Source: Chiloscyllium plagiosum (Eukaryota). From it: a DNA stretch of 20,000 bases. The stretch covers positions 12,948,613 through 12,968,612 of the forward strand of contig NC_057718.1 in NCBI RefSeq assembly GCF_004010195.1, in the 5' to 3' direction. The translations under genes and the position numbers were made by a program. Below are positions 10,671 to 20,000 of the stretch, piece by piece. Position 1 is the stretch's first letter. Each line of letters starts with the position of its first letter. Below the pieces are notes generated by a model. It saw only the letters and a list, made by a program, of their open reading frames with translations, was not told where the DNA came from and made no database searches.

Positions 10671-10843
10671 GTAAAAGTTCATTGACAATGTTGGGATGAA
10701 TAACATTGCAATTCTCACAAACATTTCATGAAGTATTTTGAATATTTGATCAATAAGGATATTAAATTAAGCAGTTATGATAAAATAAAGAGAACCATGG
10801 AATCCATCATCATGTATGTTCTACAGATTGCATAGCTATATTA

Positions 10844-10979
10844 TCAAGTGTATTTAATTTGTTTGTAGTACAGCATCTCTCCAAAGATCTTCATATACTT
10901 ATAGTAACTGTAGGCAAAGCTGCAGAGTAGAATAAATATAAAGGACCACACCAAAGAGACAATTATAGTGCCGTCTTCT
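10844..10979 (-). CDS. CATSPERE: CatSper epsilon final coding exon: transmembrane helix plus short cytoplasmic tail
   Basis: Acceptor ttttctgtcattacag|A. Reads (R)EDGTIIVSLVWSFIFILLCSFAYSYYKYMKIFGEMLYYKQIKYT*. A hydrophobic stretch is followed by SYYKYMKIF, compared with mammalian SYFRYMRIY. Ends in tandem TGA TAA. Confidence 0.88.
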
Positions 10980-11371
10980 CTGTAATGACAGAAAACTTTT
11001 GATTATTAAGAGGTACAGTAAGAATGCTTTATAGTTTGAAGTAATACAAGTTTATATTCATTCAACTAATTTCTAGGACGAGGATTTCCAGAGTCATGTC
11101 AGGTAAGGTTCGAAAGGTTGGGTCTGCACACGTTTGAGATTAGAATCAGAGTTAATCTTATTGAAACACATACGATCCTGAGTGGATACTGAAGCATGTT
11201 TTTCTTTGTAGGAGAGACATGAATTAGGCAGGTTTCACATTTTGATTAAAGTTTAAAGAGTATGAAAAAAATTAAACATGAGGATTTAACAGTTTACAAT
11301 ATGTTCTAGAATATGTTTTTCAGTATGAAGAATGTTTGGATGACAGTTCCATGACGTGCCAAAAGCTTTTT

Positions 11372-12949
11372 ATAAGACCATTAGACGGAGGAGCAGAATT
11401 AGGCTATTCAGTCCATCAAGTCTAAAGTTCCATTTGACCACGGCTGATTTGTTTTCTCAAACCTATTCTCCTTCTTTTGCCCCATAACCTTGATCCCTTT
11501 ACCAGTCAAGAATCTATCTACCTCACTTTTAAATGCACTCAATCACTTGGTTTCCACAGCCCTTTGTTGCAGTGAATGTCACAGATTCAGCAGCCTGTGG
11601 CTGAAGGAATTCCTAATTTCTTCAGTTCTAAAGGGTTGTCTCTTCACTCAGTGTGTACTCTTGGTTCTTAGCCTGTCCGACTAATGGAAGCTCATATGAC
11701 AAGCCCTACGTCCCCAGGATCATTCTGGAAAACTGAAATAACTCCACAAAGGCTGGCATACCATTACTAAGCCACCGTTTAGTTACACATGCATAGTACA
11801 TGAAAATTGACTCAGCTAGAACAGAGTTGTCTTCTAGAGTGAGCAGGATCCGTGACAATCCTTTTTTTCTCTTTTTTGTTTTATCGCAGGTGTGAGACAC
11901 AGTGAAAGACACAAGGTGCATGAATCTTTATTCAGTTTCCACCACCAGGAAGAAAAGAAACACGTAAGTGACAAGCAGTGCCCTTCACATCAAAACAATC
12001 CTCTTTATATCAGTCAGCCAGGACGCCCTGATTGGACAGGTTAATAGCCCCAATCAGGAACCCATCCAGATCCACCTGGCTGACATCATTCCAGTCATTT
12101 CAAAAACCTTCTCTGGACCCATCACCAGCGCATCCTTAGATACAAGGCCTAAAACTGCTCACAATCCTGGTTGTTCTCCTGTAACATGTGTTTCGTTAAT
12201 GCAAATTTGTGATAACATGATTGACGAATTGCATACACTGTTTCTAAGGCATGAACTTTTAAAGCATCCATTAATTATATAGTGATTCCACCCCCATTAG
12301 TTTAAATGGCACTGGATTACTTGAGAACAGAACTGACTCTATTTCAAATGCAGTCTGACAGGAGCCTTAACAGCCTGAGCAGTACACGTCTGCTCATGAA
12401 TCCCAAAGCTTTTTTTCCATTTAGAAAATAGTTTATGCCTCTATTCTTCTGACCAAAGTGCATAACCTAACCCTTTTCCCACATTGTATTCATCTGCCAT
12501 TTCTTTGCCCACTCTCCTTGGCTGTCCAAGTCCTTCTGCAGCCTCCCCAATTCCTCAAGATTACCTGTCCCTCCACTTATCTTTGTGTCATCTGCAAATT
12601 TAGCAACAATGCCCTCAGTTCCCAAATCCAAATCATGTATAATGTGAATAATTGGCTCAACACAACCCCTGCAGAACTCCATTAGTCACTGACTGCTACC
12701 CTGAAAAAGACCTCTTCATCCCTACCCGCTGCCTACTTCCATTCAGCCAATCCTTTATTCATATGAGTACCTTGACCTTAACATCAGGGGCACTTATTTA
12801 GCAGCCTCCTGTATGGCACCTTGTCAAAGGCCTTCTGGAAATCAAATAAATTCATGTTCACTGGCTCTCCTTTGTCTAACTTGCTATTTACCTCCTCAAA
12901 GAATTCTAACAGATTTGTCAGGCATGGTCTCCCCTTGATGAAGCCAAGC
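11372..12949 (-). mobile_element. CR1-like LINE, fragmented by later insertions; resumes at 14133-14205
   Basis: RT core IHIIHDLDLGTEGIVAKFADDTKISG...RLQKDLDSQGEWAKKWQM (12467-12682, minus). The 3' end is near 11372-11420. The sequence gaagccaagc|...|aagctgactcagcc continues across the 12950-14132 insertion. Confidence 0.8.
11878..12102 (-). mobile_element. Possible short solo LTR inserted in the CR1 copy
   Basis: Non-CR1 block with TG...CA-like ends, a minus-strand AATAAA (11927-11932) and an inverted pair CCTGATTGG / CCAATCAGG. Boundaries are uncertain. Confidence 0.35.
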
Positions 12950-13416
12950 TATTGTGAAGTTGGTGTGTGTAAAATGTGGGAAAGCGTTGTGTGGTCCCTT
13001 TAAAATATGATGTTTTTCCTCAGTGTTTAGAGTAAACTGCTGTTCAGACAAGCATTTTAAAAGTGTAGATGCACAGCAAGTGCCTGAATTGAAACATTTT
13101 ATATGGAACAGCCAAGTAGCATTTTTACCAAGACAAGCTAAATTTGCAGATGACACAAAGATAAGTGGAGGGACAGGTAATCTTGAGGAATTGGGAATGC
13201 TGCAGAAGGATTTGGTCAGCCATGGAGAGTGAGCAAAGAAATGGCAGATGAATACAATGTGGGAAAAGTGTTAAGTTATGCACTTTGGTCAGAAGAATAG
13301 AGGCATAAACTATTTTCTAAATGGAAAAAAGCTTTGGGATTCATGAGCAGATGTGTACCTCTCAGGCTGTTAAGACGCCCGTCAGACTACATTTGAAATA
13401 GAGTCAGTCTGTTCTC
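12323..13416. repeat. About 280-bp high-identity inverted duplication (12323-12604 / 13137-13416)
   Basis: The arms are reverse complements with scattered substitutions. Both encode AKFADDTKISGGTGNLEELG. The spacer is 532 bp. Confidence 0.92.
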
Positions 13417-14132
13417 TTTTTGAATTTAGCCAATCATATTAACCAACCCTTAGATATTAAAAACCAATTAACTTTGAATCTGATGGGTTTGACTACCTAG
13501 AACCAATCTGATTGTAAAGAAATTAATAGGTCATCAAGGGTATAAACGGTGAGAGCATTTGGAAAATGCCAAGAAATAATGACTTTCAGTTCTCAGAGGA
13601 AGCACCATCTAATTAATAACGGTACCGAGGCACTCTTAGCTAATATTCCAGACAGTAGAATTCATAGAGAGAACATTCCTGATGCAAGAATTCAAAGGAG
13701 AAAGGTGTTCTTGAAAGAAGATCAGTAGAGAGGGTGCGGAACACTCTGGAAGACGTATCCTAGTTGTAATTTTGAAAGACTAAATTCTATTGTTTTGTTC
13801 ATGTAAGTGGGACTTCTATTTATTGAAACGGCATACTATTGAAGTTTTGTTTATTTGGGGATAGTCAGCAGTTAAAGGGGAATTGTTCAGTTTGTTAGTG
13901 GTTCTGTTTTTTTGTTCAGTGTTGGAGTTAGATAAATGAATTGTTATTTGTTGATTATAGAATGAGTTAAAGGATTTCATTTCATATAACCACTCCTTTA
14001 TAACAGATTGGGGTGTGAGGGGTAGGTTATACCACTTTTTACATTTCTTTCAACAGATAAGGTGAGGCGAGCCTCTCTGGGTGTTTTGGTTTTAGTTATC
14101 AGAGGGGGGGGGTCAACCTCCACTTTATAACA
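12950..14132. mobile_element. Solo LTR-like insertion with 4-bp TSD
   Basis: Interrupts the CR1 copy. Ends are TATTGTGAAG...CTTTATAACA, an imperfect inverted pair with the TG start mutated. AAGC flanks both sides (12946-12949, 14133-14136). Confidence 0.55.
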
Positions 14133-14222
14133 AAGCTGACTCAGCCCTATTTTACCATGCACTTCCAAGTACTCTGCAATTTCGTCCTTAATAATGGACT
14201 GTAAAAAATGGACTCTCGAACT

Positions 14223-14320
14223 AGTTCTGACAAAGAGTCACCAGACTCGAAACGTTAACTCTACTTTCTCCCCACAGGTGCTGCCTTCTGAGTTTCACCA
14301 GCAATTTCTGTTTTTGTTAC
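14223..14320 (+). mobile_element. Penelope-like terminal fragment with a mutated hammerhead
   Basis: agtt-CTGACAA-A-GAGTC-acca-GACTC-GAAA-CGTT-aact. Stem I is 4 bp and stem II is 5 bp, but G8 is mutated to A. The downstream sequence is homologous to 19410-19478. Confidence 0.65.
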
Positions 14321-14777
14321 ATAACTCCTGATATCCACCCATAGTGACTACTGGATGAGTAGCCATGGAGGTGACTTGGAGTTTGAAGGGGTGTGAAAGC
14401 TATGGGTGTGGTATGAATGTGGGGTGAGAGTATATAAGGAGAGAGGGATGCAGAGTCCAACTGTTTTTAATATAATTCGGAACTCCCAGAGAAGCAAGGC
14501 AGGACTACTAAAAAACCTGCTTGCCCCATGATCTACCAGGTTTGGAAGGCTGGACTCTTTCCTACCTTTCCTCGTAGGTGGAACAGTGACCTTTGAGCTG
14601 AATGGGTCTGCTAAGTTGGAAAATGTCCTGACTCAGATTGCACGCCTTGGTAGTGAAGATCAAGCCCCAGGTTTTTTCCAAGGTTTCAATTATTTTCAGT
14701 TCTATTTCATGCTATTTAGTGCTGATACAGATGCATACTGTCCAGTCTGGAAAGTTACTTTTTTGCAAACACTATAC

Positions 14778-14831
14778 CTGATTATGACCCCATAGGTTTC
14801 TATGGCAAATTCAGCTGTCAATTCACAGAAA
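14778..14831 (-). CDS. CATSPERE: CatSper epsilon penultimate coding exon (54 nt)
   Basis: Reads (S)FCELTAEFAIETYGVII(R), compared with mammalian SFCNLTAMFAIETFGLI. Strong acceptor with branch point: tactaattttatatttttgtgtctgcag|T. Donor AG|GTATAG. Phase 2/2 joins both neighbouring exons. Not in the ORF track. Confidence 0.9.
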
Positions 14832-15129
14832 CTGCAGACACAAAAATATAAAATTAGTAAGTTCAAAAAGTAAAGTCATAGGAAATATTTTCTTGTGAGT
14901 ACAGGGTGACAGAACTAAGGATAGAAGACATCACTTTTGTTTTAGGCCTGAGATGTTTAGCTAATCGTTTATTATTGACCTAGGCAATTCAGTTCTAATT
15001 TGCATTGATATTTCTTATTTACTACCTTATATTATTTGATTCTAAGAGTGACCACCATATAATCATTGTGGAGCCAAAATCTTGACTTCCCGTTGAGAAG
15101 GGCTTACATCACATCGTGTGGCATCATCA

Positions 15130-16165
15130 TTGTGTTAAATGGCATTAAATCAAACAGATTTAGCAATTCAAGAATGGACATTCATGTGGTGCTGTGGTCC
15201 ATCAGCAACAACGGATTTATATTTCAATACAAACTGCAGAGCCTGGTATATCCATCATGACCATCAAGCCAGGAGATCAACCATGGTTCAATGAAGAGTG
15301 CAGGAGGAGCAGCTCCAGCATACTTCAGCATGAGGTCTCAATCTGGTGAAACTTTAAAAGGTGACAGTGTGCCAAATTGCATAAGAGAAAGTGATAGACA
15401 GAACTAAGCAATTTCAAAACTAACGTACAGATCTAAGCTTTGAAGTCCTGTCAAATCCAGCCATGAATGATGGTAGGCATTAAAACAATTATCCCCATCC
15501 TCAATAATGGGGGAGCCCAGAACAAGAGTGCAAATAAAAAGTTGAAGTATTCACAATAATATTCAGCTGAGTGGATGATCCACCTTAGCCTTCTTCAGGG
15601 ATTTCCAGCATTACAGTCTACAACCAATTCGATTCATTTCATGAGATACTAAGAAACAGCTGGAGGCACTGGATACTGCAAAGACTATGGGGCCTGATGA
15701 CAATCTGGAAATTGTACTGAAGACATGTGCCTCAAAACTTGCTGCATCTACAGCCAAACTGTTCCAGTGCAAAATTGGCATCCAGCCAATATTGTGGAAA
15801 ATTCCCACTTATGTCCTATGCAAAAAAGCCAATAAATCCAATCCAGCTAACAGCTTTCCATTAGTCATCAGTATAATGTTGGAATGTGTTATCCACAGTA
15901 CTATCAAAGCAGTACTTGTTTAGCAATAACCTGTTTTCTGATGCTTAGTTTGAGTCCAGCCAGAGAAACTCAGTTCCTGATTCCAGTACAGCTTTAGATC
16001 AAACATGGGCAAGGTGACGAGGTGACAATGAATACTCTTGACATCAAGGCTGCATTTGAATGTGGTTTCAAGGAGCCCTAGCAAAACTGGAGTCAATGGG
16101 ACTCAGGCAAAGCTTTCCACTGGTTGCAGTTACAGTAGCACAGAGGATGATTGTTGTAGTTGTTG
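15130..16165 (+). mobile_element. Decayed non-LTR retrotransposon ORF2 (linker plus RT N-terminal half)
   Basis: Peptides TIKPGDQPWFNEECR, MGPDDNLEIVLKTCASKLAASTAKLFQ, KSNPAN, LDIKAAF and GALAKLESMG, broken by frameshifts. Confidence 0.8.
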
Positions 16166-16169
16166 CAGA

Positions 16170-17130
16170 ATTCCAAGCCTCTGACCTGGTCTTGTAGCCA
16201 CAGTATTTCTATAGTTGGTCCAGTTCAGTTCCTGGTCAGTGGTAACCTTCATGATGTTGACAGTGAGATTTCAGTGATGGAAATGACATTGAATGATAGG
16301 GGGTGAAAGTTACATTCTCTCTTGTTGGAATTGATCATTGTCTGGCACTTGAGTGGTGCAATGTTGCTTGCCACTTATCAACCTAAAAGTGGATATTGTC
16401 CATATCTTGTTGCATGTTGACATGGTCTGTTTCAGTATCTGAGGAGTTGCAAATAGTGCTGAACTTTGTGCTATCATCAGCAAACATGCAAAAGTCCATT
16501 AATGAGGCAGCTGAAGATGGTTGGCCCTGGGATACAGCTCTGAGGAACTCCAGAAGTGCTGTCCTAGACTTGAATTAGAGTAGATTCCCCACAGTATGGA
16601 AACAGGCCCTTTGGCCCAACAAGTTCACACTGACCCTCCTGAGAGTAACCCACCCAGACCCATTTCCCTACCTTATATTTATCCCTGACTAATGCACCTA
16701 ACACTATGGGCAATTTAGCATGGCCAATTCACTTGCCCTGCACGTCTTTGGATTGTGGGAGGAAACTGAAGCACCCAGAGGAAACCCATGTGGAGAATGT
16801 GCAAACTCCACACAGACAGTCCCCTGAGGCAGGAATCAAGCCCGGGTCCTTGACGCTGTGAGGCAGCAGTGCTAACCACTGAGCCACTGTGCCACCCCAA
16901 ATTGATTGGCCTCCAGCACCACAACCATTATGCTTTATGTTTGGTATGACTCCAAATCAGTGAAGTTTTTCTCCCTGATTCCTACTGGCTCCATTTTTGC
17001 TAGGGGTCCTTGACACCCAACTCAATAACAACCAACCTGATTGTCAGGGGCAGTTTTTTCACCTCATCTCTGGAGTTCAAATTCTTTTTTCCATGTTTGG
17101 GGAACAAGATCAGGAGCAGAGTTGCCCTGG
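16170..17130 (-). mobile_element. Second copy of the same LINE family in opposite orientation, interrupted by a SINE
   Basis: The minus strand has caaggacccctagcaaaaatggagccagtagg, matching caaggagccctagcaaaactggagtcaatggg near 16070. It also has ggagttcctcagagc (GVPQ motif) and tttgctgatgat (FADD). Confidence 0.7.
16572..16897 (-). mobile_element. tRNA-derived V-SINE (HE1-type elasmobranch SINE), near full length
   Basis: The head GGTGGCACAGTGGCTCAGTGGTTAGCACTGCTGCCTCACAGC has an A box and a degenerate B box (GGCTTGATTCC). The V-core is TGTGTGGAGTTTGCACATTCTCC...TTTCCTCCCACAATCCAAAGAC. The 3' tail is CR1-derived (GGGCCTGTTTCCATACTG). Confidence 0.9.
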
Positions 17131-18065
17131 CAGAAAAATTCCAGATTAGAATTATCTACTATTCTTAGCTATTTGCAATGTATATAAATTCATGAGATTC
17201 TGGATTTAATCTTGATATCAGAGTCTAGAATTTTTTATGGTAAATATCTCTGTGGCCCAGGTTGACAGAAATCTTGAATGCTTCAGGGACCGACTGGGTG
17301 AAGAGTAAAGCTCCATTTACTCTGGGGAGAATCAATTTACTAAATGAGAAATGTGATCTTAATGCACATTTTTTTAAAATCAGTGACAACAGAAATCCCT
17401 CCGCTTTTCCATGTGCTTTAAATCCAACCATGAAAATACACATCTCCTGCACCAGTGTCGATATTTTTAATAAAGCACATATAATCTCTTTAATCTTCAG
17501 GCAAGGCATGTGCTTAATAACAGGATCTATGCCTAGTAGATACCCAAACTCCTTACAAGTGTAACCATTAAGGTCTGCAGATACAATGGGAAAATAAGGA
17601 AGCTTAAAATGATTCCCTCCATTTAATTGTTTTCTGCTTTAAAAACCCCAAATGGCACTAAAATACAGTAACCTAGGAAATACCAGTTAAACTGATTAAC
17701 TGATTTTTATTTATGCTGTATCCAACCTGATGCAAGGACATCAAGATTGGTCTGCCAATCATGAGATGCAATTGCTAGGTAGTGAACATAACATTTAACA
17801 TATTCCTGGAAGCATCTACAGATGACATTTTAAGACAACTGACAATACGAAAAATGAGGATGACTATCAATTTCTGTTGTTAGTTATGTTTGCATGCATA
17901 GCTTTACAAAACAGTATTGTTAACCTAAATTTATCTATTAGTGAGTTATACTTCCACCATAAAGAGTGACACTGAGTGAATTTCAGAGGTAATGAAAAAG
18001 GTACAAAGGATGATAAAAACTGTTGACTTATCCATATCAAATAGTTTAACTGTTGACATATCCAG

Positions 18066-18182
18066 TCCTGATGAAGGACTTATGCCTGAAACGTTGATTC
18101 TCCTGCTCCTTGTATGCTGTCTGACCTGCTGTGCTTTTCCAGCACCACACTCTCCACTCTGATCTCCAGTCCTCACTTTCTC
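18066..18182 (+). mobile_element. Single-arm Penelope-like terminal fragment with a decayed hammerhead
   Basis: CTGATGA-A-GGAC-TTAT-GCCT-GAAA-CGTT, followed by sequence homologous to 4995-5083 and 9800-9897. Confidence 0.75.
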
Positions 18183-18574
18183 TGTATCCGCATATGCAGA
18201 TTTATTATTTTATGGGCAGTCACTCTGTTTGTTGAAATTGAGTTAGCGAGGTGACAAGTTCAGTTGCATTGTTTGGCAGCATACATACTGTGCATCCCTA
18301 TAAAATTGTCAGCTCTATGCTCGATATTCCTTAGTTGCCTTATTTTGTTGCTCCTCTTGCAATATGCAGCAGACTTGATATTACGGCCAAGCCACAGTAT
18401 TGAATTTTTAAAAAATTAGATATCTACAACTCTGTTCACTCTGACTTTCACCAGATTTCATATACTGACGATGAAGACAATACTGAATGAATTATACTTT
18501 TACTACTTTGTGCTCATTATTGAGGACTTTAAAAAAAACCTTTCATCCCAGGGTGTGTGTTAAAATGTTCAACG

Positions 18575-18577
<3 letters not shown>

Positions 18578-18644
<67 letters not shown>

Positions 18645-18651
18645 CACACAC
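18578..18651. repeat. (CA)n microsatellite with two interruptions
   Basis: Direct reading of the sequence. Confidence 0.98.
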
Positions 18652-19025
18652 TTTCAAGAGTGGGAAAAGGAAAGATTTCACTTACAAGTTTTAGTTGGGT
18701 CTGAACCTAGGACCTGCTGTGTGTGAAGTTGAGAAACCCTACCTAGAAACCAGTGAGAAAAATGCTGACAATGACACTATAAATTAGTCATTATTAACAT
18801 TCACTTAGAACATACTCTACCTGTAATCTAGAGGGCAAGTAATCCCTCTATTTTAGGGATTCTAAATTAGAATTGTGTAGAAAGGCATGGGATTCTGTTT
18901 TTAAAAATATTTTACTCCAGGGATGGAAGAAAGAGAAAATTCTTTACATTTTTGTTCAAAAAACATGGTTTATGGTTTCAACATATAAATAATGTTTTCT
19001 ATTCTTAAAGTGTATATCAAGTGAC

Positions 19026-19180
19026 CTGAAATTGGGGTCCACTATTTTCACAGTGAAGAGATAAACTCCAGTATGATCATTTGGCCACGTCAGGTACATT
19101 GAGCCTGTTGAGTTCAGGATTTCGTATGGTCTATCCATGCTTTTAACCGATCCATGAGCTTCAAAGCAAGACCTGTAATT
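19026..19180 (-). CDS. CATSPERE: CatSper auxiliary subunit epsilon, third-to-last coding exon (155 nt)
   Basis: Reads NYRSCFEAHGSVKSMDRPYEILNSTGSMYLTWPNDHTGVYLFTVKIVDPNF(S). This resembles the mammalian CatSper-epsilon segment as I recall it (NYxxCF...PYEIINSS...WP..HSGMYVFRVKILDPNYS). Acceptor ...cttttgggttaag|AAT, donor AG|GTCACT, phase 0/2. Upstream exons lie beyond the window end. Confidence 0.88.
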
Positions 19181-19329
19181 CTTAACCCAAAAGTATATTT
19201 GCATAAACCTCAATTATCTTATTGTTATAAAAATAATGTTCTATATCAGATGATGTAGTTTCAGCTCATTACAAACAGCAATAATTTCACCATAAATTTA
19301 AAGCAAATAACAACAACTTTTAAAAAAGG

Positions 19330-19510
19330 AAACAAAAACAGAAATTGCTGGAGAAACTCAGCAGGTCTGGAAGCAGAACGTCTGAAGAAGGGTCACTGGA
19401 CCTAAAGGTTAGCTCTATTTTCTGTCCACAGATGCTTCCAGGCCTGCTGAGTTTCTCCAACAATTTCCATTTTTGTTTCAGATTTCCAGCATCCACAGTC
19501 TTTTGTTTTA
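19330..19510. mobile_element. Penelope-like fold-back fragment
   Basis: Arms 19330-19375 / 19433-19478. The loop holds a decayed hammerhead (CTGAAGA-A-GGGTC-actg-GACCT-AAAGGTT). A tail of about 30 nt follows the right arm only. Confidence 0.7.
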
Positions 19511-19526
19511 TTGTTGAAAACAAAGT

Positions 19527-20000
19527 CATAGAGTAATAGAGATGTACAGCGTGGAAACAGACCGTTCGATCCAACCCGTCCATGCCGACCAGATATCCCA
19601 ACCCAATCTAGTCCCACCTGCCAGCATCCGGCCCATATCCCTCCAAACCCTTCCTATTCATATACCCATCCAAATGCCTCTTAAATGTTGCAATTGTACC
19701 AGCCTCCACCACATCCTCTGGCAGCTCATTCCATACATGTATCACCCTCTGCATGAAAATGTTGCCCCTTAGGACTCTTTTATATCTTTCCCCTCTCACC
19801 CTAATCCTATGCTCTCTAGTTCTGGACTCCCCGACCCCAGGGAAAAGACTTTGCCTATTTATCCTACCCATGCACCTCATAATTTTGTAAACCTTTATAA
19901 GGTCACCCCTCAGCCTCCAACGCTCCAGGGAAAACAGCCCCAGCCTGTTCAGTCTCTCCCTGTAGCTCAGATCCTCCAACCCTGGCAACATCCTTGTAAA
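19527..20000 (-). mobile_element. CR1-type (HER1-like) LINE 3' end, well preserved
   Basis: ORF 19608-19991 reads MLPGLEDLSYRERLNRLGLFSLERWRLRGDLIKVYKIM...WNELPEDVVEA...FKRHLDGYM, the CR1 ORF2 C-terminus. It is followed by a 3'UTR and a ctcta-type terminal repeat. Confidence 0.93.

Noticed and set aside
10715..10820. Alternative candidate for the CATSPERE transmembrane exon (TYMMMDSMVLFILS*LLNLISLL)
   Set aside because: It has an in-frame stop and a weak acceptor. 10979-10844 fits far better, which makes this region 3'UTR.
16820..16897. tRNA gene
   Set aside because: It is the tRNA-derived head of a SINE, continuous with the V-core and LINE-derived tail, and its B box is degenerate.
18487..18726. 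His/Thr-repeat protein ORF
   Set aside because: Translation of the (CA)n microsatellite.
1..20000. CRISPR array or prokaryotic defence/retron-type system
   Set aside because: The DNA is vertebrate with spliceosomal introns and has no regularly spaced repeat-spacer array. All RT and nuclease fragments belong to decayed eukaryotic retroelements.

Overview
Eukaryotic, intron-rich DNA. The repeat landscape (HE1-type V-SINE, CR1/HER1-type LINEs, Penelope-like elements) points to a shark or ray; this is inference. Two genes lie in tandem on the minus strand. (1) The last three coding exons of a sperm CatSper channel auxiliary subunit, best matching CATSPERE (19180-19026, 14831-14778, 10979-10844, then AATAAA at 10670-10665). 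(2) The promoter and first two exons of proteasome subunit PSMB1 (6345-6251, 1084-977), which continues beyond position 1. All three internal splice junctions (two in CATSPERE, one in PSMB1) join in frame with GT-AG ends. The rest is mostly decayed retroelements, with a 422-N gap at 9314-9735. The most notable non-genic signal is a set of minimal hammerhead-ribozyme cores (CTGANGA-x-stem II-GAAAC-GTH) carried by several Penelope-like families. Several of these elements are fold-backs with a one-sided tail, and two have clear 15-bp target-site duplications. Other points of interest: CATSPERE sits where TBP lies in mammals, the PSMB1 promoter has a compact ARE/YY1/NRF1 module, and there is a local inverted duplication inside a solo LTR. 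I found no evidence for a wholly new protein-coding system.
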